DNA of 64,000 bases, taken from the IMG/VR virus record IMGVR_UViG_3300045988_141150; one strand, given 5' to 3'. Position 1 is the stretch's first letter, and the number at the start of each line of letters is the position of its first letter. The notes below the pieces were generated by a model that made no database searches, was not told the origin of the DNA, and saw only the letters and a program-made list of their open reading frames with translations. This document shows, one piece after another, positions 57,868 to 63,680 of the stretch. The position numbers and the translations under genes were made by a program. Source of the DNA: a virus.

Positions 57868-58320
57868 ATGAAAGCTACTGGTATCGTTCGCAGAATTGAT
57901 GACCTTGGACGTGTGGTCATTCCGAAAGAGATTCGCCGGACTTTGAAGATCCGCGAGGGCGACCCGCTTGAAATCTTCCTTGGAGAGGACAACTGCGTTT
58001 GCTTCAAGAGGTATTCAGTGCTTGGTTCGTTGACCGAAGAGGCTCTGCGAACCGCTATTACAATGGCGTCAAATTCCGGTCTACGCCCTATCGCAATTTA
58101 TGATACTACTGTAAAACTGCGGGGCATGGAAAACTTTTCGGCCTATGTCCCGACCCAGTGGGAATTTGAAAGAAAGCCATTTGTTTTCAATAATACCTAT
58201 GGCGTTTATCCGGTTTGCGCGGACGGCGACCTTGTGGGTTATGCGGTTTGCGACCAGCAAGACATGGGGTGTGAAATGGACATGATTGTTCGCTACCTCA
58301 GCATTGTGTCTGAACGTTAA
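57868..58320 (+). CDS. abrB-like: AbrB/SpoVT-family swapped-hairpin transcriptional regulator (150 aa)
   Basis: N-terminus MKATGIVRRIDDLGRVVIPKEIRRTLKIREGDPLEIF closely matches the AbrB/SpoVT N-domain (MKSTGIVRKVDELGRVVIPIELRRTLGI...); about 100-aa C-terminal extension. Confidence 0.7.
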   Translation: MKATGIVRRIDDLGRVVIPKEIRRTLKIREGDPLEIFLGEDNCVCFKRYSVLGSLTEEALRTAITMASNSGLRPIAIYDTTVKLRGMENFSAYVPTQWEFERKPFVFNNTYGVYPVCADGDLVGYAVCDQQDMGCEMDMIVRYLSIVSER

Positions 58321-58327
58321 AAAAATA

Positions 58328-58367
58328 GCACAAGGGGCTTGACAAAACAAGTCCCTTGTGCTATAAT
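58328..58367 (+). promoter_or_regulatory. promoter with its -35 box in the loop of a 9-bp hairpin (gcacaaggg..cccttgtgc)
   Basis: TTGACA 58339-44, 17-nt spacer, TATAAT 58362-67. Confidence 0.5.
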
Positions 58368-58396
58368 AAAACCATCAAAGGAAAGGGGCAAATAAA

Positions 58397-58573
58397 ATGG
58401 AAATTGAAAAGAAATTCCAGGTTGATTATAGCGGTAAAAATCCTTGGGACCAGTATTACGACAATCGGGTTAATTTTGATTCCGAAGAAAAAGCCGATGC
58501 TTTTATCCAAAAGTTGATGGAAGATGAAAATATCTATCAAATTTTCAAAACCATTACTGCCAGATACAGATAA
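58397..58573 (+). CDS. hypothetical protein (58 aa)
   Basis: RBS AAAGGGG; TAA stop; below the ORF-track size cut-off. Confidence 0.45.
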   Translation: MEIEKKFQVDYSGKNPWDQYYDNRVNFDSEEKADAFIQKLMEDENIYQIFKTITARYR

Positions 58574-58811
58574 AATTTGAGGTGAAAATTCACCTCATTT
58601 TTTTGGTTATTTTGCCTATTGACAAAAATCCAATAGTGTGATAAAATGGCCGGCCGTTTACGTATGCCACGGCCGGAACTTCAATTATACCAGAAGCCAG
58701 CAAATTTGTCAATCGGCAAAATGCACAAAAATCTAATTAGTTTTTTTCCCAAAATGTGCTTGACAAAATCCAGCAGATGCGCTATAATGTATTTAGAAAG
58801 AGGTGAAAAAC
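58574..58811 (+). repeat. early intergenic cassette, long type: terminator, P1, GC hairpin, reverse promoter, GCACAAA box, TTTTTTCCC box, P2
   Basis: terminator 58576-58606; P1 TTGACA 58619 with TAAAAT 58642; hairpin ccggccg..cggccgg 58650-76; reverse promoter 58684-58712; P2 58760-58788. Confidence 0.6.
58684..58712 (-). promoter_or_regulatory. reverse-strand perfect consensus promoter converging on P1 across the hairpin
   Basis: plus strand ATTATA-17-TGTCAA; the predicted minus transcript is hairpin plus UUUUAU (about 40 nt). Confidence 0.5.
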
Positions 58812-58970
58812 ATGGATAATTTCAAGAAAGCCACTGTAAAAGATTATACTGCTTGGGATTTGAATTGTAGAAACATTTGCCCTCACGATAAATCTTCTAA
58901 TAAACTGGAAAAGCGTATCAAGCGCAAGGCTCGCAGAAGTCTTAAACAAAATTTGAAAAAAAAGTATTGA
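58812..58970 (+). CDS. basic micro-protein (52 aa)
   Basis: RBS AAGAGGTG; its stop codon overlaps the -35 box of the next promoter. Confidence 0.4.
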   Translation: MDNFKKATVKDYTAWDLNCRNICPHDKSSNKLEKRIKRKARRSLKQNLKKKY

Positions 58971-58995
58971 CAAAATACAGCAAATGCGCTATAAT
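58967..58995 (+). promoter_or_regulatory. consensus promoter
   Basis: TTGACA-17-TATAAT (gcgcTATAAT). Confidence 0.55.
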
Positions 58996-59027
58996 GTAAG
59001 TACAGTAAAGGAAAGGGGTAAACACCA

Positions 59028-59528
59028 ATGAAAATCACTTACATCAAGTCTCACGTTGTGACCACTCGACGCTCTATCAACTTTGACATGGACGGCACTA
59101 TCGCTGACCTCTACGGCGTCAAGGATTGGCTCGCGCTTCTCCGTTCGGAAAATCCCACACCCTATCGGACTGCCGCTCCTATGTGCGATATGGCTGAATT
59201 GAATGAGGTTTGCGAACTTCTCCGCGCCGAGGGTTGGGAAATCAACATCATCACTTGGCTTTCCAAAGATTCGAGCGAGGAATACAAAAACCTCGTGCGT
59301 AAAGCAAAGCGTGCGTGGCTTGAAGAACAGGGCTTCCACTATGACCACTTCCACGGCGTCCAGTATGGCGCGACCAAAGCCGACAGCGTGCGCGACCGCT
59401 ATGACGTGTCCATCTTGGTTGACGATAATGAAAAGGTTCGGAATGGTTGGCACTTGGGCGCTACCATTGACCCGACCGCAGTAAACATTATCGAAAAACT
59501 TTCGGAACTTTTGGAGAAAAGGGCTTGA
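59028..59528 (+). CDS. HAD-superfamily 5'(3')-deoxyribonucleotidase-like phosphatase (166 aa)
   Basis: motif I INFDMDGTIADLYG (DxDGT); size and layout of the NT5C-type dNMP phosphatases common in phages. Confidence 0.55.
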   Translation: MKITYIKSHVVTTRRSINFDMDGTIADLYGVKDWLALLRSENPTPYRTAAPMCDMAELNEVCELLRAEGWEINIITWLSKDSSEEYKNLVRKAKRAWLEEQGFHYDHFHGVQYGATKADSVRDRYDVSILVDDNEKVRNGWHLGATIDPTAVNIIEKLSELLEKRA

Positions 59529-59553
59529 CAAAGCCCTACTCCAATGGTATAAT
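59520..59553 (+). promoter_or_regulatory. promoter with its -35 box in a hairpin loop (agggc-TTGACAA-agccct)
   Basis: TTGACA 59525-30, 17-nt spacer, TATAAT 59548-53. Confidence 0.5.
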
Positions 59554-59582
59554 AAATACATCAAATGAAAGGGGAAAATAAA

Positions 59583-59792
59583 ATGTTTGTTCTTTTAATT
59601 CTGCTGTCTCTCACAATTTCGTTCCTGCTTATCTCTGGTTTAGTTTGGCTTCTCTGTTGGCTTCTCCCTGCCATTGGTATCACCGCAATCGGCACTTTCA
59701 CCATCGTGTTCTCGTGGAAGCTGGCACTCGCAATTTGGATTATTCTCCTGCTTCTGAGCACTATCTTCCCGAGCGGTAGTAATAGGGGGTGA
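59583..59792 (+). CDS. small membrane protein (69 aa, two transmembrane helices)
   Basis: ATG 59583 with AAAGGGG RBS. Confidence 0.5.
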   Translation: MFVLLILLSLTISFLLISGLVWLLCWLLPAIGITAIGTFTIVFSWKLALAIWIILLLLSTIFPSGSNRG

Positions 59793-59795
59793 AAA

Positions 59796-59939
59796 ATGAT
59801 GCCTTATTTTTGGCTTACTCTTGGCGTTCTCGCCAAAGTGACCGGACGAACTGCCGGTGGTAATTATCGCTATGAAACGGTTGTCTCTAAGGAAATCGGA
59901 CTTGTGACCGCAGACTGGGTCAATACTCATCTGCTGTAA
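59796..59939 (+). CDS. micro-protein (47 aa) with a hydrophobic N-terminus
   Basis: RBS AGGGGGTG; TAA stop. Confidence 0.3.
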   Translation: MMPYFWLTLGVLAKVTGRTAGGNYRYETVVSKEIGLVTADWVNTHLL

Positions 59940-59957
59940 AAGAAAGGGGAAACAAAA

Positions 59958-60215
59958 ATGAAAGTAAATTTTGGCACTAAGGGTCAGGTTCAGATTATTA
60001 ACATTCTCAGCGGTGGCACATTCACCGACCCGCGCACCAATGGTAACGGTATGGGAATGTATCTCAAAATTGACAGCCATAACAACACGCCGTTTGTCCG
60101 GTCGAGAGGTTCGCAGTTTTGCTATGCTGTGAATCTTGAAACGGGTCAGATTCGCGAGTTCCCGCGCGAAAAGATGGTAACGCCAGTCAAGACCGAGGTC
60201 AATGTAATTGGCTAA
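59958..60215 (+). CDS. hypothetical protein (85 aa)
   Basis: RBS AAAGGGG; TAA stop. Confidence 0.55.
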   Translation: MKVNFGTKGQVQIINILSGGTFTDPRTNGNGMGMYLKIDSHNNTPFVRSRGSQFCYAVNLETGQIREFPREKMVTPVKTEVNVIG

Positions 60216-60451
60216 AAGAAAATCTCCCCAAAAATGGGGAGATTTTTTTGTTTACTTTGACTATTGACAAAGTTCCTTGAATGTGATATAATGGGCCGGC
60301 CGTTTCCGCGCGCTACGGCCGGAATTCACCATTATACACCCTGCCAGCATTTTTGTCAAGAGAAATTTCGCACAAATTTCAATTTTATTTTTTCCCGTTA
60401 TTTGGTCATTTTACCAATAGACAAATCAAGACCAATCTGTTATACTACATA
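60216..60451 (+). repeat. early intergenic cassette, long type; its terminator is identical to the one at 53009..53040
   Basis: terminator 60219-50; P1 60264-92; hairpin ccggccg..cggccgg 60296-60322; reverse promoter 60331-59; P2 TAGACA-17-TATACT 60418-46. Confidence 0.6.
60331..60359 (-). promoter_or_regulatory. reverse-strand consensus promoter
   Basis: plus strand ATTATA-17-TGTCAA. Confidence 0.5.
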
Positions 60452-60571
60452 ATGTCAGGAGGAAAGAGTAAGACCTACGGAAAGGCAGTTCCCTTGACCA
60501 TTATACCAGAAGCCGACACAAGGAATGTTCCAAGCGTGGCATGCCGAACAAACTTTCAAAAAAAAGTTTGA
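60452..60571 (+). CDS. leaderless micro-ORF MSGGKSKTYGKAVPLTIIPEADTRNVPSVACRTNFQKKV (39 aa)
   Basis: ATG 5 nt after the -10 box; related in sequence to the micro-ORF at 62767. Confidence 0.3.
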   Translation: MSGGKSKTYGKAVPLTIIPEADTRNVPSVACRTNFQKKV

Positions 60572-60579
60572 AAAACCCC

Positions 60580-60608
60580 TTGACAAACCGCTCGACTTAT
60601 GGTATAAT
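60580..60608 (+). promoter_or_regulatory. consensus promoter
   Basis: TTGACA-17-(tgg)TATAAT. Confidence 0.55.
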
Positions 60609-60639
60609 GAATACATCAAATGAGAGAGGTAAAAACAAG

Positions 60640-60669
60640 ATGACTTCTAATGCTCGCCCACCGCCTTAA
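60640..60669 (+). CDS. 9-codon micro-ORF MTSNARPPP ending Pro-Pro-Pro-stop (candidate leader peptide)
   Basis: RBS AGAGGTAAAAACAAG; a tandem related copy follows at 60721. Confidence 0.25.
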   Translation: MTSNARPPP

Positions 60670-60720
60670 AAACTGATTTGATTTCTTGACTTAAAGATTG
60701 TAGATAGAGGTATAAACAAG

Positions 60721-60753
60721 ATGTATAGTAATAAAGCTCGCGACCGCCCCTAA
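60721..60753 (+). CDS. 10-codon micro-ORF MYSNKARDRP ending Pro-stop
   Basis: RBS AGAGGTATAAACAAG; same context as the 60640 micro-ORF. Confidence 0.25.
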   Translation: MYSNKARDRP

Positions 60754-60771
60754 AAAAATTCGCAAAACCTA

Positions 60772-60800
60772 TTGACAACCTGCTCCGCATATGATATAAT
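60772..60800 (+). promoter_or_regulatory. consensus promoter
   Basis: TTGACA-17-(tga)TATAAT. Confidence 0.55.
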
Positions 60801-60851
60801 AACTACATCAAAGACAAGGACAGTCTCAAAAACCAGAAAGGAATTGATACT

Positions 60852-61226
60852 ATGGCTACTTCTACTACTAAGAAGCTCACTAAGCGTGACCGTTTCGAGG
60901 CTCTGCTCAAAATGTCCGAGGTTCAGGCAAATCCTGATATGGTGGCGTTCATCGAGCATGAGATTGAACTGCTCGCCAAGAAGAACGCGGGCGACAAGAA
61001 GCCCACGGCTAAGCAGATGGAGAACGACGCCGTGAAGCAGGTCATTCTGGACGAGATGATCGCAAACCCTGACAAGCTCTACACTGTAACCGAACTCATC
61101 AAAGGCGTTCCCGAACTTGCGGAGTATTCCAATCAGCGCGTTTCCGCTCTTCTGCGCCAGATGATTGACGCCAACGCGGTTGTCAAGACGGTTGACAAGC
61201 GCAAGTCCTACTTCTCCCTCGCGTGA
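60852..61226 (+). CDS. hypothetical protein, paralogue A (124 aa)
   Basis: RBS AAAGGAATTGATACT; about 70% identical to the protein at 63203..63580. Confidence 0.55.
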   Translation: MATSTTKKLTKRDRFEALLKMSEVQANPDMVAFIEHEIELLAKKNAGDKKPTAKQMENDAVKQVILDEMIANPDKLYTVTELIKGVPELAEYSNQRVSALLRQMIDANAVVKTVDKRKSYFSLA

Positions 61227-61233
61227 GGGCAAG

Positions 61234-61262
61234 GGCAGGGGATAAAAAAAATCCCCTGCCCT
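61234..61262 (+). terminator. hairpin with an A8 loop (gggcaggggat-A8-tcccctgccc), atypical terminator
   Basis: follows the paralogue gene; no 3' U-tract. Confidence 0.3.
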
Positions 61263-61274
61263 ATAAAAAAACTG

Positions 61275-61303
61275 TTGACAAACCAATAGCAAAGTGCTAT
61301 ACT
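61275..61303 (+). promoter_or_regulatory. consensus promoter
   Basis: TTGACA-17-(tgc)TATACT. Confidence 0.55.
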
Positions 61304-61325
61304 ATTATCAGAGGTTGAGAGAACG

Positions 61326-61355
61326 ATGGTAAATCTCAATCTACTTTTCCAATAG
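61326..61355 (+). CDS. upstream micro-ORF MVNLNLLFQ terminated by TAG inside the RBS of the exonuclease gene
   Basis: the TAG at 61353-55 overlaps the AGGAG RBS of the gene starting at 61367. Confidence 0.25.
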   Translation: MVNLNLLFQ

Positions 61356-61366
61356 GAGATGGTAAA

Positions 61367-62143
61367 ATGGGTATTGATAGGCGCAAAAACTACGGCATTA
61401 TGCTGGACACGGAAACCGCAAACACCATTCAAGACGGCGATAAGCTGGATATGTCAAATGTGCTTCCATACGACTTCGGCTGGGCGGTCATTGATTCCAA
61501 GGGAAATGTTTATGAAACTCATTCTTTTGTGAATCGCGATATTTTCTGCTACGAGCGCGACCTCATGCAGTCTGCCTACTACGCCGACAAAATTCCCCGC
61601 TATGTCGAGGATATTAAGAACGGCACTCGCATTATGGCTGACCTTTACGAAATTCGTCTTGCATTCTGTGAATGTGTCGAGCGTTATAACTGCTCTTTTG
61701 TCTGCGCTCATAATATGCGGTTCGACCTTAACGCCTGTAATAACGCGCAAAGATGGGATACGAAAAGCAAGTATCGCTATTTTTTCCCCTACGGCCTTGA
61801 AGTTTGGGACACGCTGAAAATGGCGCGACAGGTTATTGGCAAAATGCCCACTTACCGCGACTATTGCGAAAAGAATGGCTACAAGACCAAAAACGGACAG
61901 CTCCGTTTTACAGCAGAAATTCTTTACCGCTTTATCAGCGGTGAAGATAGTTTTGATGAGTCCCACACGGGACTTGAAGATGTCCTCATTGAAGTTGAGA
62001 TTTTGCGCTATTGCGTCCGACAGCACAAGAAAATGGAAAAGTCCCTTTTCAAAAATTCCACGGTGGAACGCCCTAAGCCTACCGAGTTTCAGCGCGCGCT
62101 CATGCGAAACATTAAGGAAAATCCTATGATAAACATGAGCTAA
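61367..62143 (+). CDS. DEDDh 3'-5' exonuclease (DnaQ / RNase T-like, 258 aa)
   Basis: Exo I motif IMLDTETAN, Exo II motif FVCAHNMRFDLN, Exo III motif SHTGLEDVLIEVEIL. Confidence 0.6.
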   Translation: MGIDRRKNYGIMLDTETANTIQDGDKLDMSNVLPYDFGWAVIDSKGNVYETHSFVNRDIFCYERDLMQSAYYADKIPRYVEDIKNGTRIMADLYEIRLAFCECVERYNCSFVCAHNMRFDLNACNNAQRWDTKSKYRYFFPYGLEVWDTLKMARQVIGKMPTYRDYCEKNGYKTKNGQLRFTAEILYRFISGEDSFDESHTGLEDVLIEVEILRYCVRQHKKMEKSLFKNSTVERPKPTEFQRALMRNIKENPMINMS

Positions 62144-62149
62144 AAAAAT

Positions 62150-62190
62150 AGGGAATAGGGCTTGACAAGTCCTATTCCCTATGGTATAAT
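62150..62190 (+). promoter_or_regulatory. promoter with its -35 box in the loop of a 10-bp hairpin (agggaatagg..cctattccct)
   Basis: TTGACA 62162-67, 17-nt spacer, TATAAT 62185-90. Confidence 0.5.
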
Positions 62191-62219
62191 CAATACATCA
62201 AATGAAAGAGGTGTTCCAC

Positions 62220-62498
62220 ATGACTGCTAAACAAGTCCTTTTTGTAGTCCCCGATGAAAATGACCCTCACATGGGCATTTTAATCAACCATGACTATGTT
62301 ATCTGCGCTGAATGCGGTGGCGTCTTTGAAGTCGATGAGGTTTTCATCATCAAGACCTATGACGTTTGGGTAAACTTTGAAGACGAAATTGCGGACGAGC
62401 TTGACCTGCTGACCGCAAAAGACATTGGCAAAGAGCTGAATAGCAAGGGAGAATCCGGTCGTTACGCATGGAAAGAAGCAATTAAGAGGGAGTTTTGA
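62220..62498 (+). CDS. hypothetical protein (92 aa) with a CxxC pair
   Basis: internal ATG 62220 with AAGAGGTG RBS; TGA stop. Confidence 0.5.
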   Translation: MTAKQVLFVVPDENDPHMGILINHDYVICAECGGVFEVDEVFIIKTYDVWVNFEDEIADELDLLTAKDIGKELNSKGESGRYAWKEAIKREF

Positions 62499-62520
62499 AA
62501 ATGGATTTGGATTTCCACCT

Positions 62521-62766
62521 GCTGGAATAAATAAAAAACTGCCCAAAAATGGGCAGTTTTTTTTTGTCTATTTTGCCTATTGACAAATGCGGATTTTTGT
62601 GATAAAATGGTCGGCCCGCTAACGCCCAAAGCGGGCCGAACTCACCATTATACCACGCCCCGCCAATTTTGTCAAGAGAAAAGTTGCACAAAAATGAAAA
62701 AAATTTTTTCCCGTAATTTGGCTATTCTGTCAATTGTATTCTGTGGGCAATCTGCTATAATAGATA
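62521..62766 (+). repeat. early intergenic cassette, long type
   Basis: terminator 62536-66; P1 TTGACA 62579 with TAAAAT 62602; hairpin tcggcccgc..gcgggccga 62610-38; reverse promoter 62646-74; TTTTTTCCC box; P2 with extended -10 tgcTATAAT 62756-61. Confidence 0.6.
62646..62674 (-). promoter_or_regulatory. reverse-strand consensus promoter
   Basis: plus strand ATTATA-17-TGTCAA. Confidence 0.5.
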
Positions 62767-62865
62767 ATGTCAGGAGGGAACAGTGAATTGCCGAACGGCT
62801 TCGCTGATGGGTGTGATAACTCGGTAACTGACCCGTTTTCAAAGAAATTTGAAATTCCCTCTTGA
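62767..62865 (+). CDS. leaderless micro-ORF MSGGNSELPNGFADGCDNSVTDPFSKKFEIPS (32 aa)
   Basis: ATG 6 nt after the -10 box; related to the micro-ORF at 60452. Confidence 0.3.
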   Translation: MSGGNSELPNGFADGCDNSVTDPFSKKFEIPS

Positions 62866-62890
62866 CAAACCCCTGCGAGTGTGCTACAAT
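62862..62890 (+). promoter_or_regulatory. consensus promoter flanked by the inverted repeat CTCTTGACA ... TGTCAAGAG
   Basis: TTGACA-17-TACAAT; aTGTCAAGAGgg at the start site. Confidence 0.5.
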
Positions 62891-62895
62891 AGAAA

Positions 62896-63009
62896 ATGTC
62901 AAGAGGGAGTAGCCCAAGAAATCCGAGGGCGCGCGACCTTGAGAAAGTACAGGAAGTAAACATAATACACCACGTTGTAAAGCCAAACGTTGAACGCGAA
63001 AGTGAGTGA
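62896..63009 (+). CDS. leaderless micro-ORF MSRGSSPRNPRARDLEKVQEVNIIHHVVKPNVERESE (37 aa); alternatively the 5' end of a small RNA
   Basis: ATG 5 nt after the -10 box; followed by about 90 nt of structured non-coding sequence. Confidence 0.25.
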   Translation: MSRGSSPRNPRARDLEKVQEVNIIHHVVKPNVERESE

Positions 63010-63123
63010 GAGTGAGCCAGCTATACTTGAAGCGATTTTCGCTGACAGATAGACTGAGCCAACGGGCAATACCTTATCCGTCAGGTCGGGGTAGTAATTC
63101 GTGTAAAAAGTTTGCGAAACCTC

Positions 63124-63152
63124 TTGACAAACATTTCAAAGTGTGGTACACT
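63124..63152 (+). promoter_or_regulatory. promoter
   Basis: cTCTTGACAaac-17-(tgg)TACACT. Confidence 0.45.
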
Positions 63153-63202
63153 TAATATATCAAAAGGGTAGCGACCTACCGCCAAAGAAAGGAATTGATA
63201 CT

Positions 63203-63580
63203 ATGTCTACTTCTACTACTAAGAAGCTCACTAAGCGCGACCGTTTCGAGGCTCTGCTCAAGATGTCCGAGGTTCAGGCTGACCCCGCCATGGTTGAGTT
63301 TATCAATCACGAGATTGACCTGCTGGCTCGCAAGAATGCCGGTGATAAGAAGCCGACCGCGAATCAGATTGCCAACGATGGTTACAAGGACATTATCTTT
63401 GCCGAGCTGTCCGCCAATCCTGACAAGCTCTACACTGTGACCGAACTCATTAAGACTGTGGACGGTTTGGGTGACCTCTCCAATCAGCGCGTCTCCGCTC
63501 TTCTGCGTCAGATGATTGAAGCGAACGGTGTCGAGAAGATTGTCGACAAGCGCAAGTCCTATTTCCGTCTCGCCCACTGA
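63203..63580 (+). CDS. hypothetical protein, paralogue B (125 aa)
   Basis: internal ATG 63203 with the same RBS context as 60852; about 70% identical to paralogue A. Confidence 0.55.
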   Translation: MSTSTTKKLTKRDRFEALLKMSEVQADPAMVEFINHEIDLLARKNAGDKKPTANQIANDGYKDIIFAELSANPDKLYTVTELIKTVDGLGDLSNQRVSALLRQMIEANGVEKIVDKRKSYFRLAH

Positions 63581-63586
63581 TTCAGC

Positions 63587-63616
63587 GGGAGCGCCTAAAA
63601 AAAATTAGGCGCTCCC
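63587..63616 (+). terminator. hairpin with an A6 loop (gggagcgcctaa-A6-ttaggcgctccc)
   Basis: same architecture as the hairpin after paralogue A. Confidence 0.3.
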
Positions 63617-63627
63617 AAAAATTTCTC

Positions 63628-63656
63628 TTGACATTTGCTAACGGCGGTGTTATAAT
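63628..63656 (+). promoter_or_regulatory. consensus promoter
   Basis: TTGACA-17-(tgt)TATAAT. Confidence 0.55.
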
Positions 63657-63680
63657 CATACTTGAAAGGGGGCAAAGAAA

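Noticed and set aside
53005-62766. The repeated intergenic cassettes as a CRISPR array
   Set aside because: The units are about 220-250 bp with internal promoters, separated by 2-3 kb of genes, and are not short identical repeats with uniform spacers. No cas genes are present.
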